Positions 13,125 through 25,313 of a stretch of DNA of 64,000 bases are shown here, in pieces. A model generated the notes under the pieces. That model was not told the origin of the DNA. It ran no database searches and saw only the letters and a program-made list of their open reading frames with translations. The stretch spans positions 50,045,413 to 50,109,412 of the forward strand of contig NC_068996.1 in NCBI RefSeq assembly GCF_001194135.2, given 5' to 3'. The first letter of the stretch is position 1; each line of letters opens with the position of its first letter. The translations under genes and the position numbers were made by a program. Source of the DNA: Octopus bimaculoides. Lineage: Eukaryota.

Positions 13125-15584
13125 CTGAAAAGAGATAAAATGAAAACCACATTAAGGAAGGTTTTATTGCAAACATGAGACAAATTTACAAGCATAATAA
13201 AAGTATTTAAAACAGAAGAGAACAACAGATTTATTAATGCATGGTTTGTTTATGTTAAATGTAACCGACCAAGCTTCTTCTCAATTTTGTGAAAGAAAAA
13301 AATCCAATTAAATTACAGGTGAACATGTCCTTTGATTGATAACTTAATTAGTACAATATTTCTTATAATACTCCATGTAGAACCTTGAAAGAAATATCAG
13401 ACAATACTTTGAATTCCATTTTACAAAATGGCAACATGCTTTGCATAAAACCATAACACATTATTGAAAACAAAAAAAAAAGAAGTTATGCTTTCTTTCA
13501 ATATATCAAATAAAAAACAATGAAACTAATTTTAATCCTTTGCCTGTCCAAAGCATTTTTAATAAGTTTGTCCTTAAATGTCTATAGTTGTTTTCAGACT
13601 TTTAGTTAGCCCTATGTTCTAATAAAGCTTTCCATTCATAAGTCCCAAGTAACCCTTATGGTTGAAAAAAAATTAGGAATGTGTATCATATATGATGCAG
13701 AGATTCAACAGGACAGACAATGGGTTAAATCATTCATTCTGCAGCACACAATTTTGTCAGTGAACAGGTCGCGGTTTCAAAGCGACGAAAATATTTTGAC
13801 AAATTAAATTTAAATGTTGAAGTGAATCTAACGGTTTTTGTGTGTTATTTTAAATGGTTTATAAACACCTTCCATGCTGCAATTGTATTCATAAAATTTT
13901 CTTGAAATTCTTTTTTTTTTGTTTATTACTTTCACACCAGGTTAGCAACACAAAGAAAAAAATGAGAAAATGGAAAGAAAAAAAAAAAAAAAAAAAAAAA
14001 AAAGTGAAGTCAAGACAAGAAATTAATAAATAAACAAAATAGTTACACACACTTTTTCATACCATGGAACATAAATATTCCCTTTCAAAACAAATTAAAA
14101 TTCTACAGAAATCAAATTATCATCACTTCAGAGTTGATTAAAAAATGTTGGTAATATGTAGAGGGGATTTCTATCTTAAACTGATCTAAATTATTATAAA
14201 CTTCCAACAAAATTTATGTTCCAAACACCTGTTAAATAATGGCAGTTATTTTATTAAGTTGTTCTTCATTTTCAAAATTAATTGAAACGGTGGCAGTATA
14301 TATTTAGAAATAATATGGGTCATAATAACCTATATTAAAAAAATTGTTGGTTATAAGTCATTCTCCCCCTTTTATATGTTGAGTCTTAAGAAAGAGTGCC
14401 GACGGCCTTTGCAGGCCCTCTTAGACTTGTGAGACTGATGCCATTAACCTTCTGAAACCTTTGTAAGTCAACACCAGTGGGAAAGACATGAAGAGAAGGA
14501 GATTTCTACAGCACCAATATTTTGGGAAGGAAAGACTAAGCAAGAGTAATTTCACGCATTATTAGTTTGAAAGTACTCGCTGATGAAATCCCTAAATTCT
14601 AACAGGAAAAAAAAAAAAACAATCCATGCCAATTTAATGCTGAAGACCAAAGTAGTAATTGTTGTTATGTCTTTTAAAGATATGCAGAAACAGTGACTTG
14701 TAATAAACTCAGGAAAAAAGTCACAATTAATTTATGGGATCCAGACAAAAACCCCTCAGGCCCTGCCACAGTCCAATGACTGAAACAAGTAAAAGAATAA
14801 ATATATAATGTATATAAGTTTAGCACAAATAACACCAGTTAAAACAAAACTGAGGTCGAGTCAAGATGGTAACTGATAATATGATGGCCACATTATCAGT
14901 TGATATTTTGGTGCTATCATTAACAGAAAAGTAACTTCCTACATGTGATGAAACAATATAAAAACCTTGATGGGACTGGTTAGTCCACATTACTCCATAA
15001 GGAGCATACAGTCAGTTTGCCCAGTTTCTCTGGTGTATACAAATTCCTCCCTGGATGGAATGCTTGTCTGTGCAGGATCACTCATTTTTGCCAGCTGAGT
15101 GGACTGGAGCAACACGAAATGAAGTGTTTTGCTCAAGAACACAATGCCTTGCCCTGTCCAGGAATTGAAACCGCAATCTAATGATCATGAGTTCAACACT
15201 CTAACCACTGAGCAATGCGCCTCTACTCAATGGGATTGCTTAACCAGAAATAGTACCCAAATCACACACTACTATCTTAGAAAAAAAAAAAAAAGAAGAC
15301 AAGAGCTGGAATCCCTTTGGATATAAGTTTTGCTTAATCAAGATTGAACTGAGTGAAATAATAAATTCTTTTAATGTTATTTTTAAATGGCATTCATTTA
15401 TGATCCTTAATCCAATACATTTCTTTTTTATTTTAAATATCTTTTGTAACTGTAAAAGAAAAATCATGTTTTGAAATAATTTATGATCAAATAAACAATT
15501 TTGAATTTGAATATGTATGAATGAAAAACTATTTGAAAAAGAATAATTTCAAACCCTCATCATCAATATAATAAAATGTCTTAC

Positions 15585-15730
15585 TTCTCCAAGAATCCAG
15601 TTATTATCTGAGTTGAACTTAAAGGGACTGTAATAAGGACTAGTCTGGCTCCTAAATTCTGTACTCAAAGGAGGTGTAGTCAAACCACTGTCAGTGGTTG
15701 GCGCTTTTGCCTCAGAACCTTCTAGCATGG
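15585..15730 (-). CDS. CRAMP1: CRAMP1 visible coding exon 15 (MLEGSEAKAP...SPFKFNSDNNWILGE)
   Basis: ttattttacag|CC...GAA|gtaaga; 146 nt, phase 1 to 0. Confidence 0.88.
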
Positions 15731-16868
15731 CTGTAAAATAAGTTACAATTGATGTCATTATACAAATTTCTTATCAAAAACAAAGAATTATTTGGCAATA
15801 TCAGTTACATTATGACAAAATTTGTGGTAAGAAACTCTAAAGAGAGCTGAACAGCAAAAGGTCTTCAGAGAAGAAACCCCACTCAAGCAAATGTCTCAGA
15901 CCTTAAAGTTTTCTAAGGGGGCTGAGCCACATCCAGGTCATGACCCCTGGGTGTTCTTCTGCTGATACTTTAAACCACGTGGATATTGGAAACTTGTGCA
16001 TTTAAACCAAATTTAAGACAAATGTCTACAAAAGGTTTAAGATTTTTTGTAGGTGTAGCTGTGTGGTTAAGAAATTCACTTTGCAGTCAGATGGTTTTAG
16101 GTTCAATCCCACTGACCAGCACCTTCAAAATGTCTGTTCTTCTATAGCCCTAGGCTTACCAATGTCTTGTGAATGATCTTGGTAGATGGAAACTGTATTA
16201 TATATATAATTTTTAATAACAGTTTGACTCAACTCCATATGGCTTAAAAAGTTTCGGATCAGTTGACAGGAGATATCTTCTGATGAGATGGATGCATACT
16301 ACGCTCTCACAGAAATTGTTGATATATATATATATATATATGAATGAGAAAAAGAAGAAAATGGAGAAATTGACATGGAGACATCAGTTTATTCAAGGAC
16401 ATTCAAATCCAGATAATGAAATTCCAGTCCTACAGCTGTTTCCATATCCAATTAGTTCAATTACAGAAATTAAATTAATTTAAATTTTCATATTGAAACT
16501 GGTTAATTTAATCAGGGAAGAATGTCCCAAAAAGGGAGTTACATTTCAACATGTTGATTGATGTACATACAGATGTTTGTGTTGTTAAAAAAACAAACAA
16601 AAAAAAACAGCATCAACAAAAAACCCGGTATTTTCATATATATACATATAAACAAATATGTTTGATATATTTGTGGTCATGCATATGTAATACATAATGG
16701 CTTTTATTGGTGGTGGTGTGGTAGTTAGATGAAATAGATGTTATAGGGAGAGAGAGAGAAAGACAAAGTCAACTTGTGTAGAATTTGAACTCAGAATGTA
16801 AATATTGATGCTCTTATAATTCTGACCACAATAATGTCAATGCCAACATTAAGAACAATAATACTTAC

Positions 16869-17001
16869 ACATAGAAACGTCAGATAAAGAAATATCAAAC
16901 AGTGTAGAAATATTCGGAGGAGAAGAACCTAATTTGGTCCCCGATGAAGAAGTGGTTGCAGAGGTATCTGTTGTAGTTGAACTGGTATTCATCAGTGAAA
17001 T
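16869..17001 (-). CDS. CRAMP1: CRAMP1 visible coding exon 14 (ISLMNTSS...SSPPNISTLFDISLSDVSM)
   Basis: ttctctgtacag|ATT...T|gtaagt; 133 nt, phase 0 to 1; PP.IS.LFDISL motif. Confidence 0.88.
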
Positions 17002-17523
17002 CTGTACAGAGAAATATAAAAGAAACTCAGAATGTAATTTCATAAATTCTGCATTTTTACTCAAAGAGGATCAGATCAGAGTCTGGTGCAGCCTCCAGGC
17101 TTGCCAGTCCTCAGTCAAGCCGCATGGAAAGCAGCTTTAGAAGAAGATGAGAGGAAGAGGAGGAGGACTCATTATGGCACATGCTTTAAGATGTTTCCAT
17201 ACTTTGGGATAAATCCCAGTAGAAGTACAAAAAGTGAAGAACTCAATGAGAATAGCAGCTAGCTCTAAGATACATTACCTGAGACTAACTTTACTAACAT
17301 CTTCAACTCCAGCAAATAGTGGTGGTGCTAAAGTGAACAGAAAAGTGGGGTTCTTCCGGTTTTTTTTTATAGGTAGAAAAGAAAGAATTTAGGAGTTTTG
17401 TTGATGTGCGAAACTGAAGACAAAACAACTCCATCAAGAGTGTTACTTTATTATTTCTTTTATTTTCAGTAGGAAAGAGCAATGCTCTGGGTTTTTGCAG
17501 GCCCTCTAAGACCAGGAAGATCA

Positions 17524-17808
17524 ATCATCATCATCATCATCATCATCGTTTAACGTCCGCTTTCCATGGGTTGGACGATTTGACTGAGGACTGGCAAGCC
17601 AGAAGGCTACACCAGGCTCCAATCTGATTTGGCAGAGTTTCTACAGCTGGATGCCCTTCCTAACGTCAACCACTCCAAGAGTGTAGTGGGTGCTTTTACG
17701 TGCCAGTCAGGCGGTCTGGCAACGGCCATACTCAAAAAGGTGTTTTTTATGTGCCACTTGCACGGGAACCAGTCCAGTGGCACTGGCAATGACCTCGCTC
17801 AATGGCTT
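17524..17808 (-). mobile_element. Young family B retroposon copy
   Basis: (CAT)n then cgtttaacgtccgctttccatg...; reverse complement of the 9822-10112 segment. Confidence 0.85.
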
Positions 17809-20800
17809 TAAAAAAATGGCTTTTGGAGTGGGTTGGGGTAAAAGAGAAAACAATGGCTCATTATTGTAACTAACCCCTACAAATAACTTTTGTGATGCCC
17901 ATTCTCAGCAAGGTCCTTGCTTTTGTCTAATCTGAGGTCAACTTTGAATGATTAGACTCCGCTGACCACAATGTTCTAAGTATTACCCTCAAGTCTTATT
18001 TTTAGACACTGTATCAAAATTTATTTAAACTGTATCCTTTCCTTTTTTAAAATGGTGAGGGTGTAATTTGAGTGAGCATGCTAGCAAGTGAGGTACCTGT
18101 ATTGCACCATTAAAAGCCCTTTCTTAATCACAGTGGGCTTCTGCCAAGAAACATTTTCTCTCTAGAGCCCCTAACAGACACTGGAACTATGCAAGGAAAG
18201 TGCAACAAGAAGCAGCACTTGAAGAGACAATGCTCTTTTCAAATTCTGGGTGTTCATGTTTTTGGAATGGAATTAAACCTATTAAAAATATCAAAATTTA
18301 TTTTTCTTTCAAACAGTTTTTTTAGTACTTTATATTTTCCTTTTTATTTCAGTCACTCCTTTAATATCCATGATTAATCTCCGAAAGAGAAAGAGAGAGA
18401 GACAATAAACTGAAATTAGTTGCTTTCATAATACTCATTGTCATCAACATAACCCAGAATATATATACAAAGCATCGATTTGATTCTCATACAAACACTG
18501 ACATGGTTGCGTGATTAAAACTTTTCTACAACAGCCTCGGTTTTACAAAAGCCCAGTGATTGAAATTTAATAGCTGGAAACCATCTAAAGGAATTTTTGC
18601 TTTTAGAGGGTAGACTTTTTCTTGTTCATTTTAACACCACCATCTAACCCTCGAGTGCCTTCAGCAGCATTCACTGTTATAAGGGTTACATATAAATTCC
18701 AACTTTTTCCGATATTGATGGGGACACCGTGAGTAGTCATAATCACTAAAAGTCAATTCAAAAGGTAGCTTGAACTTGAAATATAATGAGACAAAAATAA
18801 ATACCTTACTGTTCAGAATATTATTAAAATTTAGAAAATATGTTACCGTGACCTATTTAATGCGCATTAACAGGAACATAAGAAATATTTTGTTTGGACC
18901 AATATTGAACTAAACTCAGGTAAAGAGGACCTATTTTGTGGCTATCTTGTGAAAATAGTTGAAAATGGCTCTTAGTAAATTATATGGTCGATCATAGATT
19001 TCTCTGTGTAAACCATTACAAACAGAAAAATTTAATCCATGGACTACAAAACCATCCAACAGATCCATATTTATTTGTTCAGGTTCATCCCATACCAGCA
19101 AAAAAAATATATATATATATACACACACAAGCCAATGAACGAGCTTCTATTTGACTTACTAGAAATAGCAGCCAAACTTCCGTAACATCCCAACTCTTAT
19201 CATTAAAAAAAAAAAAAAAAAAAGAATAGTTATAAATAAAAATGTCTTTGATCACAGTTTTGATCAATCAGAGTTGACTAGAGTGGAATGGAGAGAATCT
19301 TAGCTAATTTTTTGCTTCGCGACACACTCACATAACATTAAGCTAAAATATGAATACTCTTTAACTGTTAACATGAATATTTTCCCCTTCGCTTGTATAG
19401 GATGAACCAGGGCCAGAACAAATAAATGAGCCAAAAAATGCAGACCATTACTAGTTACCTTGAATTCCTGATATTATTTTATTTTGAATTTAAGGTTAGT
19501 GTCTCTGTTAATATCAGTTTTAAGCTAATCATCTTAATCAGTTTTACTTCTGGTTTGCCACTGAACACTAGCTAATAATACTTCTCAATAATTCCCGGTC
19601 ATTTATTCCAATTAAATTGTTTCATTTTTATGTCTTTTAATCTATGCAAGCATGAGTGAGAAGAGTATTTCTCAACCATTTTTTGGGCCCCTGCCCACTT
19701 CAGTTTGTCCAAGAAACATGCATCTCACCATGAGCAGATGGAATTTATACACACATACACACACACATATTCCATACTGGCATGAATTAAATGGTTTGAC
19801 AGAATCTGAATGTCCAAAACCTGCATTGTGCACCAAAGCAAGTTTTGGTTTTTACAACTGGATGCACTTCCTAATGCCAACCTCTGAGTGCCTTTTTTTT
19901 TTTTGTACCATCAGCAGTAGTGAAGTTACCATGTAAGGAGATAGGGGGGGAGGGGGTAAAGTATGAGAGAAGGCATCTAAGCAGAACAGGTTTTAGGAAA
20001 TAGGAAGGTGCTGAGGTGTATGTGTGGGCACTCAAAGGTAATGAGGTGAAAAGAAGTGAATGCGGGGAGAAGAACCAGGAATACAAGTGGGTAGAGGATG
20101 CAAGAGTGTATGGGGGGTAGCGAGGGCAGGGGAATGGGCGATGGGGGTGGAGTGAATTTAATGAATGAAAAAGTGCTATTCAAAAGGAATGCTGTGATCT
20201 TATATGCTAAAGAAACTGGTTAATTGATCCTATGTCCCCTGGGACCCAAGACCTTAACGCCCGGCGGTACTATTATCTGACTGTTTCATTCTTGGTCTAT
20301 TCCTAGGTCTCTTGCCACATGTAGGAATAGATTCCTCAGGCATCTCTTTCAAAGGGTCCTATCAGAAAAAAAACCATCATTACACTTTCTAACTGGATTC
20401 CCAACTGAGACCATGGGTATTATCCAACCATTTCATTCTTGATCTACTCTTATGTCCCCCCACAATGTGCCAATTTTCATGTTTGCACCTTTTTTTTTTT
20501 TTTCAAAAGAAAAGATAACTTACCAAAGCGGGTGCCTCTAAGTGATCACTCACACTACTAAAAATAACAGAGAAACCTCCCTCAAACAACACGCTATGCT
20601 TTAAAGAAGGATTCATTGGACAGTGTAGTTCTACATATACAAAAAAATATGGAAAAATTACATGATGGTCAAGGTCGGAAGGTTTTTGCTCATAAATCCT
20701 CACAATCAGAGCCTATATGAGGAACAACAACAACAACAATAGAAACAAAATTAAATTAATGAACGGAATGCCTGGTTATAAGACATCCAGAGGAACATTC

Positions 20801-20836
20801 TGAAAAAGAATAAAAGATTATGTCATAAACTGTTAC

Positions 20837-20967
20837 CATTTCTTGAGGAGTGGTTGAAATTTGAGATGGAACTTCCACTGAAGTAGGTACACCAACTGGT
20901 AACTTCACTGATAAAGAATTGGTATTAACTGCTAATGTTGAAGAATTTGACAAACCAGTAGTTATTG
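20837..20967 (-). CDS. CRAMP1: CRAMP1 visible coding exon 13 (AITTGLSNSSTL...STTPQEM)
   Basis: tttttttccag|CA...ATG|gtaaca; 131 nt, phase 1 to 0. Confidence 0.82.
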
Positions 20968-22203
20968 CTGGAAAAAAATAAAAAGAATCTTTAAAAAATT
21001 GTTAAAAAAACCCCCCAAAAAACCCAACAAGATAAAACAGAATTGAGATTATGAATCTTTTATCTTTTACTTCTTTCAGTCACTGGATTGTAGCCATGCT
21101 GGGGCACCACTTTGAAGGGTTTTAGTTGAACAAATCAATCCCTGTACTTAAATTATTTTTAAAGCCTGAGACTTATTCTATTGGTTACTTTTGCTGAACT
21201 GTTAAGTTACTGGACACACACAAAACAGGCTTCTTTCAGTTTCCATCAACCAAATCATTAACAAGGTTTTGGTTGGCCTGGGGCTATAGTAGAAGGCACT
21301 TGCAGAAGGTGCCACACTGTGGAACTGTACCTAGAACCATGTGGCTAGGAAGCAAACTTCTTACCACATAGCCACAGTCAATTTTCTTATTAATGACAGT
21401 TTGAAAATTGAATATTTAAACTGAGTCATACCAACAAACAAACTTTTTACATGGTCAAGCAACTTGTCTGGTATATTGTGATTATAGTTCCATTGAATCA
21501 ATACCATAGTGAGGAAGAGGGCAAAGGTCAAACAGTAACAAAAAAAGGACACATTGGTAAATGTAGACCCTCCCAAATACATTGATTAAAAGGTGGGAGA
21601 TTCAAAGCTGGAACCCTTTTGATTACAAGTCTACACAATTAAGGCAGCCCTGAGGTTAAACAATAACAATAATAATGAATAATTACATCATTCTGAACTT
21701 TTAAGTATAATTTTTCCATCTTATTATTTCTTTTTAAATTTAAAACAGAAAATTTCTAAGTATTGTTGCATCTCAAATTTGGTGTTGCTGTGTGGTTAAA
21801 AACCTGGCTTTACTACGAGGTGATTTTGGTTTCAGTCCCACTGCCTAGCATCCTGGGCAAGCACCTTGTACTACAGCACTGGATTGACCAAAACCTTAAG
21901 AGTGAAATTTGACAAATAATAGCTGCATGATAACCTATCGAGGGTACCATTCCTATCATTGGATTAATCATTGTCTTGCTTAATACCATCACTTGGCCAT
22001 TGAAGTATTTTAGTAAAGTCCACACTGTTGCAAGCATGTCTCCAGAAGATGACTTCTTTACTTCGCCTCACCATCTGTGAAGATGCTGAAAACAATCTAT
22101 AGGTGTTGCCAGTTCACATCTGAGTAAGTTCAAATATCATTTAGTAATTTAGCCATGTGTGTGTGTGTTTTATAAGCTCACTTAATGAATATTTGATTTT
22201 GAT

Positions 22204-22253
<50 letters not shown>
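22204..22253. repeat. (ATG)n microsatellite
   Basis: Pure trinucleotide run. Confidence 0.95.
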
Positions 22254-22480
22254 AAAATATTAAGAAACAGTGAAGAGATGAAACTATTTCCAGAACCTTT
22301 AAACAATGAGCGCTTGGGATAGTTTGCTTCACCACCCTATCTTTCTGGAGGACAGACACAAGCTGAGTTGATGACAGAGATAAAATGCAAAACAACTGAT
22401 CAGTATTGAACAGTTTTACTTATATTAAAATTACTCCTTAATTGCAAAGAACAGAGTCAAAGAGAAGCCAAAAAAATATA

Positions 22481-23344
22481 TTGGGTTGTTAGATAAATCC
22501 TTTTGTTCCTTTTCAATGTTGATTGAAAAATAGTCTTTATTATAATGTTTTATGTATCTTTTTGTAGCTCTATTCTTCTTTTACAGATTTTGTTTATCGT
22601 TTTTGAAATTTGAATAAATTTTATCTCTTTTCAGACATATGATGACAGAGTAGAAAAAACAAAAATTAACATTTTTGACACCTGCTTCTCTTTGCTTTCA
22701 ATCAAGGTTACAAAACTGCCAAAGCTGTTTGAGGCATTTGTACTGAGAAGGTACTATTACTGCAAGAACTGCACAGAAATGATTTTTACACTTCAAGAAA
22801 GAGGAATTTGACCTCACAGACCCTCTGCATTATAGTCAACTAGTTCAATTCAATGAAGATCAATTGGACAAGCTCATCCATGAGGATCCATGCCAATCCA
22901 CTAGGGAATTAGCCTAGCGGATAGGATGTTTTCGTGATATCGCTACCAGTCAACATTGACATGGCATGCTTCTTCAACATGACAACACTCATTTCCACGT
23001 TGCCAATCAGACCAAAAATGTGAGTGGAGATCTCAAGAATTTCTACACCCATTGTATTCTCCTGGTATAGCACCTTCAGTTTATCATCTTTTCTGGTCAC
23101 TGGTCAACAGTCTGTGTAGCATTTTGTTCAACAACATGGAGCAGAAAATGTGGCTCAATGAATTTTTCAAGTCAAGATCTGGTGATTTCAACCATCAAAG
23201 CATTGACAAACTAGTGGAATGCTGGCAAGAATTCATGAATGATGAAAAAGAATATATAATTTGACTGATTTGTGGAAACAGTTAATGAAAACTCAGGATT
23301 AAAATGAATGGGGAAAAAATGAACTAATTTATTTGACAACCCAA
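22481..23344 (+). mobile_element. Internally deleted mariner element
   Basis: TIRs ttgggttgttagataaat and ttgggttgtcaaataaat, TA flanks; LQHDNTHFHVA and HPLYSPGIAPSVYHLFWSL (mariner YSPDLAPSDYHLF motif). Confidence 0.88.
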
Positions 23345-24199
23345 TAATAATCAAAGCTAAACAAAATAAAAGTTTTAACACAATCCTGAAACAGTATGAG
23401 TTAAAACATCTTGAGTAATAAAAACCATATGTTGGCAAATTTTCTGAGCCCTCAAGAACAAAGAATTGAAGATACTGTTAAAAAAAAAAAAAACTGTACT
23501 GTATTTATACAGGGTTGAATAGCTGCACTATTGCAACATTAGGATGTAGTACACATGATCATAAGATTGTGGTTTCAATTCCTGGACTGGGTGAAGCATT
23601 GGGTTCTTGAGCAAGACACTTCATTTCACATTGCTCCAGCCCACTCAGCTGTAAATGAGTATCACTGTGATGGACTGGTGTTTTGCTCTGAGGGAATGTT
23701 GTGATCTTGGTCACTTATGCACCATGGAAGCCGAGTAGCTGGCTTGATGAGCACGAGGACTTGAGACAGTAATGTTAAAATGATGGACATTCTACCATTG
23801 GACCAAAGCAATCCTTCAAATTTCTCTATCCACTTCAGAAACTTTGTTCCTACCAGCAAGAATTGTATATTATTGGCCTCTTAACCCATATATGCCCATA
23901 AAAAATGAAGTCTTAAAATTTTACTGTATTTAGATTAGACTTTATGGTGAGCTTTCACAATCTGGAAGAGAAGAACAGTATGCAACTGTTAGCTATGGGT
24001 GTTGACTACCAACTGAACATTTCGTATGCTCAATCAGATGCTTCCTTGTGAGTTTATGTCCAAACAAGTAGGAGCAGGTTTTGCGTTATGAAAATGCAAC
24101 CAGGGGTATATACAAGTTAAGAATTTATGAACTTCAAGAGAACATTAAATAATTCTTTTTTTTTTTTTTAATATTGGATTTTGAAGCAGATGAGCTATA

Positions 24200-25313
24200 C
24201 AGGGTGTTCAAGCATAAAGATTAAAGTTGTAGTTGAAAAAAGGTCAGTTGACATGGAGGACTGGAAGCCATCTGAATACAGGAAGAGAGTTACCTGTATC
24301 ATGATTTGCAGCAGATATCAAAATGCCAATGTCATGACTACTGCTCAATGCTCTGTGGACATTGTAAGGGGTCTAAGATGTGACATGGACAGCTGCAGCA
24401 GAGACTATGAAGCCATGGCCAACAGGAAGAGACATAGCAGGTGCTGTAACTGTGTCCACATACCAGAATTCATTCAGTAACCGTACAATAGGGTGGCAGA
24501 AACCCTAAACAAGGGAGTCTAGGCTTTGGTGAAAGAGATGGGCATTAGGATTGCTACCATGAAGCTGACCCTGAGTGAGGACGTTTGCTACCACTCATAC
24601 AAAAAGCACAAAGGACAAATTCTGACTGCCAATGCCAAGGAGAACTGCTTGACAAAGGCAAAGAAGCTCCTCAACTATCCAAAGCATCCGGTTGAGCCAA
24701 GGATAATCTGGTTCTTCTCAGATGCAAAGAACTTCTGCTGGGATCAGTTGCACAACATTCAGAACAAGGTAGCTTGCCTACAATCCATACAAAGTCCCAT
24801 ATATCATGAAAACTAAGTTCCACCACAGTTTGCTGTGGTGGTCTTTGGATGTGTCTCCAGTGAGGGAAACATCATGCTGCCTCACTCTCTGAACACAATT
24901 CAGAAAGCTATGTGAAGCTGTTGGAAGACCATACGTGTAGCAGTAGGATTTAGCTCTTTATCATACCACTGGAAAGAGTGAAAAGTGGTTGTCCAAGAAT
25001 CTCTATGACTTCACCAGCCCCAGTTTCTGGTCTCCTAATTCCTCCGATTGTAAACCCAGGGATTATTATGTGTGAGCCACAGTAGAGAAAGACACCAGCC
25101 ACTCTGCTTGCAACACCAAAGCTGAGCTGGTGTTCAAAGATCTTCCCATGGACACAGAGAAGAATACATGTGCCAAATTCCAGAGCCATCTTTAGGCCAG
25201 CTATAAACTAGTTGATATTCTTTGGTTTTTAAAAAAATATACTTTTCTTGTTGAATGGGATATGATGTTCTCTGTTGCCTTGATGCAAACTCAAATTTAG
25301 CCTGAACACCCTG
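24200..25313 (+). mobile_element. Degenerate Tc1/mariner-superfamily element (maT/DD37D-like)
   Basis: TIRs cagggtgttca(a/g)gc, TA flanks; fragments IWFFSDAKNF, VVVFGCVSSEG and FWSPNSSDCKPRDYYV. Confidence 0.8.

Noticed and set aside
22141-22395. Poly-histidine ORF
   Set aside because: Translation of an (ATG/CAT)n microsatellite; no splice or homology support.
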